The translations under genes were made by a program, and so were the position numbers. 64,000 nt of DNA from an uncultured delta proteobacterium (GTDB lineage: Bacteria > Desulfobacterota > Desulfobacteria > Desulfobacterales > JAHEIW01). Shown here piece by piece: positions 39,662 through 49,300 of this stretch. The DNA is taken from the NCBI GenBank assembly GCA_963706575.1, contig CAVPNL010000006.1:864001-928000 (forward strand), given 5' to 3'. Position 1 is the stretch's first letter. Each line of letters starts with the position of its first letter. The notes under the pieces are model-generated. The model was not told where the DNA came from. It saw only the letters and a program-made list of their open reading frames with translations, and did not search any database.

Positions 39662-41264
39662 CTTTCTCCATTCTCCATTTTTTTTCGGTCGCGTCATAGG
39701 CGCCTTGTCTTTGATCCTCTCTGTTTTCCAGCAAATCGCGTTTTATGATACGCTCCGAGGGTGTCATGTTGAAACGATCCACAAACTCAATAAACCGTGG
39801 CACTTTAAAAGCAGCGAGTTTGGAGCCGGCGAAATCAACAATATCCTGCGGGTGGGCTTTTTTGCCCGGCTGCAGCTGGATGAAGGCCATGACCTCTTCG
39901 CCGCGCAGTTCATCCGGGACCGGCACCACGGCAGCGGCACGCACCGCCGGATGCTCGCACAGCACCCCTTCGACCTCGGCGGCCGAAATGTTTTCGCCGC
40001 TGCGGCGTACCATGTCCTTCAGCCGGCCGACGATATAATAGTAGCCTTTTTCATTTTTTGTGAACAAATCGCCGGTATACAACCAGCCGTTACGGATTTT
40101 TGCTGCAGAGGCCTGTGGATTTTTGTAATACCCCAGCATGCGTGGCTCACCGTGGATGACGAGTTCGCCCTGCCCATCCACTGGAACTTCATTGCCGGCT
40201 TCATCCAAAATCTTAAAGGCTTTGCCCGCAAACGGAATTCCAACCGTTCCGCTGCCCACTGAATCCGTCTCTGCAATGGGCACGCCTAGATCGCCTCCCG
40301 ACTCCGTGGAGCCATATACCTCTCGCCAGGGGGCGCTCCAGCGTTTTTCGAAAGTCGCGTGCAGCTGTGGCACGATGCCCGAGCACATCACCAAACGCAC
40401 GGTGTGTTTTTTTTCGATTTCGGGATTTTCCGGCTGTTTGAGCAAATATACCGGCATGGTCGCTATCAGGTAGAAAAAGGTCACCTGATTGTCTTTAACG
40501 GATTTCCAGAAAGTCGATGCAGAAAACCGCGGCAGGATCACCAGCGGGATACCCGCTATCATGCAGAGCACCACGTTCCACTGCGGATCCATGTAATAAA
40601 AAGGTTGGGCCGTAAGGTCCACGTCTTGCGCGGTAACCCGGGCATAGTTGCACATATCCTGTCCAAGCTGAAGCCAATATTTGTGGCTAAGCATGCATGC
40701 TCTGGGGAAACCCGTGGTCCCGGAGGTGTACTGCAGATTGAGCAGGTCATCCTGCTGAATGGTGTCGATGCTGCAATCCGTAGAAGCCTTGTGCATTTCA
40801 GTGTATAGGTTCCGGGTTCCGGAAATCGTCGAATCTTTGGAAAAAAGGACAATTTCTCGCAAGAAAGGACATTGTGATTTTAGGTCCTTTAGGGCTTCAA
40901 TCTGTTGCTGGCCAGCAATCGCGAGATCAGCTTCTGCATTGTTGAGCACAAATTCTATTTCCGGGGCCTGGTATTGGATGTTGATAGGCACCATTAAGGC
41001 GCCCAGTTTGGCAATCGCCAGCCAGGTAATGGGGTATTCGAAGCCGTTTGGCATCATCACGGCGACCTTATTTTTTTTTTGGACACCCAGCGTGCGGAGC
41101 ACATTGGCCAGCTGGTTGGTCTGGTTTTCAACCTGGGCAAAGCTAAGGCTTTGACCCTCAAATCGCAAAAGCGTTTGATCGCCCATTCGGAGCGCTTGCG
41201 CGCGCAGTAGATGGGCTACGCTCTGCCATCTGGGGATCTTTGCATGCTGTTGGTCCGGTTTCAT
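39651..41264 (-). CDS. ATP-dependent acyl-CoA ligase (CaiC crotonobetaine/carnitine-CoA ligase-like)
   Basis: YTSGTTGFP, YGSTE, TGD, GRLKDMVRRSGENIS, FKVPR. Confidence 0.85.
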   Translation of the reverse strand: MKPDQQHAKIPRWQSVAHLLRAQALRMGDQTLLRFEGQSLSFAQVENQTNQLANVLRTLGVQKKNKVAVMMPNGFEYPITWLAIAKLGALMVPINIQYQAPEIEFVLNNAEADLAIAGQQQIEALKDLKSQCPFLREIVLFSKDSTISGTRNLYTEMHKASTDCSIDTIQQDDLLNLQYTSGTTGFPRACMLSHKYWLQLGQDMCNYARVTAQDVDLTAQPFYYMDPQWNVVLCMIAGIPLVILPRFSASTFWKSVKDNQVTFFYLIATMPVYLLKQPENPEIEKKHTVRLVMCSGIVPQLHATFEKRWSAPWREVYGSTESGGDLGVPIAETDSVGSGTVGIPFAGKAFKILDEAGNEVPVDGQGELVIHGEPRMLGYYKNPQASAAKIRNGWLYTGDLFTKNEKGYYYIVGRLKDMVRRSGENISAAEVEGVLCEHPAVRAAAVVPVPDELRGEEVMAFIQLQPGKKAHPQDIVDFAGSKLAAFKVPRFIEFVDRFNMTPSERIIKRDLLENREDQRQGAYDATEKKWRMEKDEI

Positions 41265-41422
41265 AAGTCGATTTTTATCTTTTTAGTTTATTTTAATTGA
41301 ATTGAATTGAATTGGGTGAAATTTGCGTCAGGGCTGACGCAGCTAATTCGGCCGATTCGATGAATTTGGCGATGCTGTCGAGACGTGTACAATTTTTGAA
41401 TATACAATCTCTAAGCAGACGC

Positions 41423-42391
41423 TTAATCCAGCATCGTGGAAACCTTTTTTTCTTCCCCCAAAAGCCCCTGGGGCCTGTAAATCAGGATAAGTTCCAGGAT
41501 GACCCCAATTACCAGAAATCGAATGTAAGGTGCTCTGGCCTTTAGGGTGTACGGCAGGTAGTCGGTCAAAAGCTGGGTTCCGATCCAGACGCCCCAAATT
41601 ACGTAGGCGCCCAGAATAGCGCCTTTGTTGTTGCCGCTGCCGCCGGCAATCAACATCACCCAGATGATAAATGTGCCGTACAATGGCGTAAAAATCTCAG
41701 GCGATATGGCCTTCAAACTGTGAGCCGACAGGGCACCGGCGACGCCCATCACCATGGCGCCGAAAACAAGCGACTGCATTTTAAAATTAAAAATATCCTT
41801 GCCGCTCATGGCAGCCGAAACTTCATCCTCCCGCACGGCTCTTAAGACCCTTCCCCATGGCGAGCGGATGGCGCGTTCAATCAATAGATAGATAACGACC
41901 AAAATGATAATGACGATGATCAAATAAATATAGTTATAATTCTTGGGATCAACCAATCCTTCAAAAGGCTGCGGCAGGCCGGTCAACCCTCTGGCGCCAT
42001 TGGCGAGCCACTTTTCATTATTGAAGATGAGTCGAATCGTTTCGGCAATACCGAGGGTGGAGATGGCCAGATAGTCTTCACCCAGCCGCAGGGTCGGAAT
42101 TCCAATCAGAAACGCGAGAATACCACAAACCAGAGCTGCGCCTAGCAATCCGAAGATAAAAGGCAGGTTAAAACCGAAAAGCTGATGCACATACTTGGCA
42201 TAAATACCCGTAGGCGCCGGCAGGGTGATCAGGGCGGATGTATAAGCACCGATACAAAAAAAACCGGCGATCCCGATGTTAAACAGTCCTGTGTAGCCCC
42301 ACTGAATGTTTAACCCCAGACAAAATACGGCATATATGCCGGCCGTGATTGCCAGTGCCACCAGATATGCTATGAGTCCACTAATTTCCAT
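41423..42391 (-). CDS. livM: Branched-chain amino acid ABC transporter permease (LivM-like)
   Basis: GLNIQWGYTGLFNIG, LRLGEDYLAI, SPWGRVLRAVREDE; ATG at 42391. Confidence 0.9.
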   Translation of the reverse strand: MEISGLIAYLVALAITAGIYAVFCLGLNIQWGYTGLFNIGIAGFFCIGAYTSALITLPAPTGIYAKYVHQLFGFNLPFIFGLLGAALVCGILAFLIGIPTLRLGEDYLAISTLGIAETIRLIFNNEKWLANGARGLTGLPQPFEGLVDPKNYNYIYLIIVIIILVVIYLLIERAIRSPWGRVLRAVREDEVSAAMSGKDIFNFKMQSLVFGAMVMGVAGALSAHSLKAISPEIFTPLYGTFIIWVMLIAGGSGNNKGAILGAYVIWGVWIGTQLLTDYLPYTLKARAPYIRFLVIGVILELILIYRPQGLLGEEKKVSTMLD

Positions 42392-43305
42392 TATTCTTTT
42401 TTTCCTCCAAAAATTCCTTTTGGCCGGAACAGTAAAATTAAGATCATCAGCATGAAGGCCACCGCCGGTTTGTATGTGGGCAGCAAAAAGGCCGTAGAGA
42501 CCTGTTGGGCCACCCCGATAACCAATCCCCCTACCAGAGCGCCCCACATGTTGCCGATGGTGCCCAGAATCGTTGCAGCGAAAAGCGGTATCAAAAAGTT
42601 CCAACCCATATAGGCATGCACCTGGACATCAATCCCATAAAGGATGCCGCCGGCGGCAGCCAGGGCACCGCCGATTCCCCAGGTCAAAATTATAACCCTT
42701 TCGGTGTCAATTCCGGAGACCAGCGCCAGTTCCATATTATCCGCTGTGGCGCGCATGGCTTTGCCCATTTTTGTTTTTTGCATATAGAGATGAAGCAGCG
42801 TAACCAGGCCGAACACCAGAATGAGAATCAGGACCTGATCCGGCCGGATCTTGATTCCTAAGGGAAATTGAATCGCCGGACGCAGTAGCCCCGGCCGGTA
42901 AAACAGGGAGTCCGCTCCCCAGAAAATGAGAATCAGCATTCGAATAATAAATGCAACACCAAGAGAGGACATGGCCAGCATGACGGCCCCGCTTTTATTA
43001 TTGCGCAATTTGCGATACAAAATCCGGTCCGCTGCGATGGCCAGACATCCCACGATAAACATGGATACCGGAAATGCGATCAGCATGCGCCAGCCAAAAG
43101 ACAGCGACCCGAAGGTCGTATCCGGAACACCGATCCAGGACAGCACTCCGGTCACCATAAACAGGGCAAAATAAGCCCCGGAAGACATCAAATCACCATG
43201 GGCAAAATTGGCAAAGCGGATGATGCCGAACACAAGGGTAAGGCCGATGGCACCCAATGCAATGATACTCCCGAAAACAATCCCGTAAAAAACAAGTTCC
43301 AGCAT
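42391..43305 (-). CDS. livH: Branched-chain amino acid ABC transporter permease (LivH-like)
   Basis: GLTLVFGIIRFANFAHG, GKAMRATADN, RPKGIFG. Confidence 0.9.
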   Translation of the reverse strand: MLELVFYGIVFGSIIALGAIGLTLVFGIIRFANFAHGDLMSSGAYFALFMVTGVLSWIGVPDTTFGSLSFGWRMLIAFPVSMFIVGCLAIAADRILYRKLRNNKSGAVMLAMSSLGVAFIIRMLILIFWGADSLFYRPGLLRPAIQFPLGIKIRPDQVLILILVFGLVTLLHLYMQKTKMGKAMRATADNMELALVSGIDTERVIILTWGIGGALAAAGGILYGIDVQVHAYMGWNFLIPLFAATILGTIGNMWGALVGGLVIGVAQQVSTAFLLPTYKPAVAFMLMILILLFRPKGIFGGKKE

Positions 43306-43307
43306 CT

Positions 43308-44015
43308 TTACCCTCCAAGATAAAGGCGCCCAACCTCCTTATTGGCCAATAGCGCATCTCCACTGTCATCCAGAACGTTGCGGCCCATTGCCAGCACATA
43401 TCCGTGGTCGGCCATCTTGAGGGCCTCTCTGGCGTTTTGTTCCACAATGATCATTGAAACACCGGTTTTGTTGATATCCATTATTTTTTCAAAAATCATG
43501 TCAACCAGCTTGGGGGATAAACCCGCCGATGGTTCATCGAGTAGCAGTACCTGCGGATCCAGCATCAGCGCGCGGCCCATGGCCACCATCTGACGTTGAC
43601 CGCCTGAAAGCTGACCGGCTTTTTGTTTTTTGCGTTCTCCCAGGATCGGAAAGAGTTCATAAATCTCGTTGAGCCGTGGGCTGTAATCATCCTCTCGAAT
43701 AAAGGCCCCCATCTCCAGGTTTTCCTGGATGGTTAATGACGGAAAGACGTTGTCCACCTGAGGGACGTAGCTGACACCCCTTTTGGCCACTTTGTCGGGC
43801 TTCAGGCCGGTGATATCCTCTTCTTTAAGCCTAATTTTTCCGTTGGTCGGCTTCAGAATTCCAAAAATAGTCTTCAACAGGGTGGATTTTCCGGCGCCGT
43901 TGGGGCCAATAACAGACACAATTTGCCCTGATTTCAAACGGAGACCGACATCATAGAGGATGTTCACCTCCGTGGTATATCCTGCGGTAATATTTTCGGC
44001 TTCTAAAATAATCAT
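43308..44015 (-). CDS. livF: ABC transporter ATP-binding protein (LivF-like)
   Basis: GPNGAGKST, LSGGQRQM, LLLDEPSAGL, VEQN. Confidence 0.9.
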   Translation of the reverse strand: MIILEAENITAGYTTEVNILYDVGLRLKSGQIVSVIGPNGAGKSTLLKTIFGILKPTNGKIRLKEEDITGLKPDKVAKRGVSYVPQVDNVFPSLTIQENLEMGAFIREDDYSPRLNEIYELFPILGERKKQKAGQLSGGQRQMVAMGRALMLDPQVLLLDEPSAGLSPKLVDMIFEKIMDINKTGVSMIIVEQNAREALKMADHGYVLAMGRNVLDDSGDALLANKEVGRLYLGG

Positions 44016-44773
44016 CGGTATTGCCCGCCTAAATAGGCCTCTAAAACGCGTTCATCTTTTTTAATGTCCTCAGCCTTTCCTTCAGCTAATTTTGTGCCTT
44101 CACTCATCACAATCACCGGGTCACACAGGTTCATTACCAGGTCCATGTCATGCTCAATCAAAAAGAAAGTTATCCCTTTTTCATCCCGCAGCGTCTTAAT
44201 ATTGGCGATCAGTTTGCCCATCAAAGTCGGATTTACACCGGCACCCGGTTCGTCCAAAAGGACGATCATGGGATCGGCCATCATGCTGCGCGCGATTTCC
44301 AAAAGCTTTTTTTGACCGCCGGAAAGGGAGCCGGCATAGTCATCTTTAAGCTTGATCAGCTCGACAAACTCGAGGACCTCAAGGGCTTTATCTCTCAATT
44401 CTTTTTCCTGATGACGAACCAGTGACGGCCGAAACCAGGTGTTCCATATCTGCTCTCCGATCTGGTGCTCGGGCATGATCATCAGATTCTCCAGAACTGT
44501 CATCTGAGAAAATTCACGGGTGATCTGAAAGGTCCGATAAACTTTTTTCTTAAATATCTGATGAGGCGCCAGACCTTCGATCGGTTCACCCTGGAAAAAG
44601 ATTTTACCGCGATCCGGTTTATAGTAACCGGTAATGATATTAAATAAGGTTGTTTTACCGGCGCCGTTGGGTCCAATCAGCCCGGTGATAGACCCTTCGC
44701 GCACTTCCAGGGAACAATCATTAACGGCCTTCAGACCACCAAAGCTTTTTTCCACACCTTGTATTTCAAGCAT
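44012..44773 (-). CDS. livG: ABC transporter ATP-binding protein (LivG-like)
   Basis: [34 protein letters not shown]. Confidence 0.9.
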   Translation of the reverse strand: MLEIQGVEKSFGGLKAVNDCSLEVREGSITGLIGPNGAGKTTLFNIITGYYKPDRGKIFFQGEPIEGLAPHQIFKKKVYRTFQITREFSQMTVLENLMIMPEHQIGEQIWNTWFRPSLVRHQEKELRDKALEVLEFVELIKLKDDYAGSLSGGQKKLLEIARSMMADPMIVLLDEPGAGVNPTLMGKLIANIKTLRDEKGITFFLIEHDMDLVMNLCDPVIVMSEGTKLAEGKAEDIKKDERVLEAYLGGQYR

Positions 44774-45164
44774 AAAGCTACCTTCGGTTTAATTCATGTG
44801 TTTATGGAGCTCGCCGTTTAGGGTGTAGGGATAATAACGCTGCACTTCGCGGGCACAGGTCCGCAAGAATTTTTTCCGGTCTCCGGCCGGAAATCGAACG
44901 CATCCGCTGCTCAGGATTCGGCGTGTGGGTAACTTCTTTAAAAAAAAGAAATTCTGTCAAAGCGTATTAGCGAATAGTCTGTATGAATGTCAATTAAAAA
45001 ATGAATGGCAGTTAAATCTTTCTGATAGCCCTAATACAATATAAATATTTGATATAATGAGATTTTAATTAAATTCGGCGCACAAATCTGCTGGATAGTT
45101 ATCTAATCGGGTGACGATTTAATTCAAATTTTATATTAGCAGGATATTTTCACCGCAGGGTATG

Positions 45165-45581
<417 letters not shown>

Positions 45582-45594
45582 TTTTCCCCCTTCA

Positions 45595-45672
45595 TTTTTT
45601 GCCACGAATGACCACGAATATTTTTTGCCACGAATGACCACGAATATTTTTTGCCACGAATGACCACGAATA
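45595..45672. repeat. Perfect 26-bp tandem repeat x3 (TTTTTTGCCACGAATGACCACGAATA)
   Basis: Units at 45595, 45621 and 45647, with no spacers. Confidence 0.95.
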
Positions 45673-45673
45673 T

Positions 45674-46253
45674 TTTTAGCCACGAATTGACACGAATTAT
45701 CACGGATAGATGAGCCAAAATGCGCTTTAAATTTTCCTCAAATAGATTTAATTTATTAGTGTAAATCCGTGGTCATTTGTGGCAGAAACATAAAATATCT
45801 ATGGATTCAGCAATCATTATAATACCAGACGTTCGTACTCCAGCTTTTTCTTTGCAAAATTTAATATGATTGCCAAACGTTTTTGAGTTGCTTTTAAATA
45901 ATTTAATACCTGTGCTTTGTGAGCATTGGTTATTTTTTCAACAGATTTTAATTCCAAAATTATTTTTTCATCTATCAAAATGTCAGGCACATAATTTCCT
46001 ATAATCTCGCCTTCAAAGTGAACCTGAATTGGAAATTGCTGAACCGCTGGAATTTTTTCTCTTCTTAAAACCACCATCATCGCATTCTCATAAACTTTTT
46101 CCAGAAACCCGAATCCTAATTTGCCATGAACCTCCATTGCCAGGCCAATAATTTGATAGGATAAATCTTTATAAACAATTGAGTTTTTATTCGTGTGCAT
46201 TCGTATATTTGTATTTATTTTTCGTGATAATTCGTGTTAATTCGTGGCTAAAA
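45674..46253 (-). mobile_element. Putative 580-bp element: GxxExxY nuclease gene bracketed by 33-bp inverted repeats
   Basis: 45674..45706 TTTTAGCCACGAATTGACACGAATTATCACGGA versus the reverse complement of 46221..46253 TTTTAGCCACGAATTAACACGAATTATCACGAA (31/33); AT-rich interior. Confidence 0.7.
45817..46200 (-). CDS. GxxExxY protein (PD-(D/E)xK nuclease superfamily)
   Basis: GFLEKVY motif, PDILI...LELK, QVLNYLK, ILNF; 127 aa. Confidence 0.92.
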   Translation of the reverse strand: MHTNKNSIVYKDLSYQIIGLAMEVHGKLGFGFLEKVYENAMMVVLRREKIPAVQQFPIQVHFEGEIIGNYVPDILIDEKIILELKSVEKITNAHKAQVLNYLKATQKRLAIILNFAKKKLEYERLVL

Positions 46254-46320
46254 CATCAATGATAACAACCTTTATTCGATTGTAGGATTATTTTCAATCC
46301 TAATTCCAGTGTTTGCTCAA

Positions 46321-49300
46321 ATGAAGCAGTTTGATAAAAAAATAAAACAAATCAGGTCGCTTTTACCGGATGTGATGATTGCCGACCGCATGGCGGCTGT
46401 TCGGGAAATCGAACTGCTGACCCGCAAAATGGCCAAACCGCTTCCGGCTGACAAACTGCGCCTAAGGCTTGAGCGGCTGGAAAAACGCCTCAAAGCATCT
46501 GAACGCAAACGCGTCGGGCGCCAGAAGAACATGCCGAAATTCAGCTACAATGATGATCTCCCGATAACCGCCAGAAAAAAGGATATCATCCGGGCGATTG
46601 AACGCCACCCGGTGGTCATTGTATCCGGTGAAACCGGCTCCGGCAAAACCACCCAGCTACCTAAATTTTGCCTGGCTGCGGGCCGAGGCATCGACGGCAT
46701 CATCGGTCACACCCAGCCCCGTAGAATTGCGGCCATGACCGTGGCGCGTCGCATTGCCGAGGAGTTCGGACAGGAAATCGGCCGGGCGGTCGGCTACAAA
46801 ATTCGCTTCAAAGACCGCACCGCAAAAAATGCCTATTTGAAGATTATGACCGACGGTATCCTGCTGGCCGAAACCCAAACCGATCGATATCTGAAAGCTT
46901 ATGATACGATTATTGTCGATGAAGCGCATGAGCGCAACCTCAACATCGATTTTATTCTGGGCATTTTACAAACCCTGCTGGATCGCAGGGACGATCTTAA
47001 GCTTGTGATCACCTCCGCCACCATCGATACCGAAAAATTTTCCAAAGCCTTTGGCGATGCCCCGGTAATTGAAGTGTCGGGGCGCATGTATCCGGTGGAT
47101 GTTCGCTATCAGCCGCCGGAACCCTCAAAAGAAGAAAACAATGATTTAACTCATGTTGAGCTGGCGGCTCAAGCTGTCAGCCGGCTCTTAAAAGAAAGCG
47201 CCCGGGGTGATATCCTGGTTTTTATGCCCACTGAGCAGGATATTAGAGATACCTGTGAATTGATTGAAGATTCCAGGCCTAAAAAATCGCGTATCCTGCC
47301 GCTTTACGCCCGGTTGACGGCCGCTGAGCAGGCGCGGGTTTTTGCGGGCTCATCTGAACGCAAGATCATTGTGGCCACCAATGTGGCCGAAACCTCCCTT
47401 ACCATTCCGGGGATCAAGTATGTGGTGGATTCCGGCCTGGCCCGAATTTTGCGATATTCACCGCGATCGCGCACCACTTCACTGCCGGTGATGCCGGTTT
47501 CCCGCAGCAGCGCCGACCAGCGCAAGGGGCGTTGCGGCCGGGTGCAAAACGGGATCTGCGTACGCCTGTTTACGGAAGATGATTATCTGAGCCGCCCTTT
47601 GTACACGCGACCTGAAATTTTACGGGCCAATCTGGCGGAAGTCATCCTGCGAATGATCGCCCTCGGGCTGGGCGATATCGTGGATTTTCCCTTTATTGAC
47701 CGGCCCGATTCAAAGAGCATTAAGGATGGTTTTGATCTGCTTTTTGAACTGGGGGCAATAAAAACCCGGCGCAAGGCACAAGGCGCAAGGCGCAAAGCCC
47801 GCAAAGATCCCGCGGAGATTAAATCAAACAAAACTGTCGAGCTTACGCAGAGGGGGCGCTTGATGGCCAAGATCCCCCTGGATCCCAGGCTTTCCAGAAT
47901 GCTGCTTGAAGCCAGGGATCGGCGCTGCATCGATCAAATTGCCGTGATTGCCGCTGCGCTCAGCATCCGGGATCCCCGCGAACGGCCGCTGGAAAAAACG
48001 GCTGAGGCCGATCGGATGCATGCGCAGTTTAACGATCCCTCATCTGATTTTACCACATTGCTAAACATCTGGAATCGCTACACCCACGTTTGGCAAACTC
48101 ATAAACGCGCCAATCAGCTCAAACGGTTTTGTCGGCAACACTTTTTGTCTTTCAACCGCATGCGAGAGTGGCGCGATATTTATCATCAGATCCGAGCCAT
48201 ACTGGAAGAATTCGGTCTGAGCGACCGGCGTCGTGCGGTTAAGGTGCAACCGCAGAATCTGAACCTGGACAGTGAAGACCCCTTGTATCAATCCATCCAC
48301 AAATCGATTCTCAGCGGTTTTCTTTCCAATATCGCCGAGAAAAAGGAAAAAAATTTTTTCCGGGCAACCCAGAACCGCGAGGTTATGGTTTTCCCGGGAT
48401 CGGGATTGTTTGACAGAGCCGGCCAATGGATGGTGGCGGCTGAAATGGTCGAAACCTCCAGATTGTTTGCCCGCACGGTCGCCAATATCGAAAGCGAATG
48501 GCTGGAGGAGCTGGCCGGGGATCTGTGCAAACGCATCTATCTGAATCCCCGTTGGAAAAGAAACCGGGGAAAGGTAATGGCCGACGAGCAGGTCAGCCTT
48601 TTTGGGTTGATCATCATTTCCCAACGATCCGTCCCCTATGGCCCGGTAAACCCGGATGAAGCCAGCGATATTTTTATTCGTGCGGCCATCATTAAAGGAG
48701 ACCTTAAAAAACCACTTGCTTTCATGGCACACAACCAGCGCTTGATCGCCGCTATCGAGGGCATCGAAAATCGCCTGCGGCGCCGCGATGTGCTAATCAG
48801 CGAAGAAGACCTTTTTGCTTTTTACAGGGAAAAGTTACCCGGCATACACAGTGTGCAAATGCTTTCAAACAAAATAAAAAAAAGAGGCGGTGACCGATTT
48901 CTACGTCTCAAAAAGCCGGATCTGATGAATTATGACCCGGATGCCGGCGAGCTCGCCCGCTATCCGCTGAGCACGAAGATTGACGGACATATGTTTGAGT
49001 ATCGCTATCACTTCGGCCCGGGCCAGGAAGATGACGGTGTGACCATTCAGGTGCCCGTTTCCATGGCGCCTGCGGTTTCCAGGGAAGCTTTTGACTGGCT
49101 GGTGCCGGGAATGTTTAAAGAAAAGATTGAAACCTTAATCAAAGGTCTTCCCAAAGTGTATCGCAAAAAACTGGTACCGGTTAACGAGACGGTTGAAATC
49201 ATCAGCCGGGAAATACCCCGTCAGAAAAACGCGATGTTTTCAGCGCTGGGCGAATTTATTTTACAGCGCTTTGGAGTCGATATCCCCGCTTCCGCCTGGC

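Noticed and set aside
41295..41341. (AATTG)x4 run and the palindrome TGCGTCAG-GG-CTGACGCA
   Set aside because: Single short occurrence; function cannot be supported from sequence alone
44800..44935. Possible riboswitch upstream of livG
   Set aside because: GC-rich with a small hairpin (TTCCGG...CCGGAA) but no recognisable consensus
45582..45683. N-terminal extension of YjbQ in the ORF track
   Set aside because: It is a translation of the tandem repeat; the ATG at 45581 has a purine-rich RBS and gives the normal family length
45595..45706. Possible CRISPR array
   Set aside because: The repeats are directly adjacent with no unique spacers, and there are no cas genes in the window
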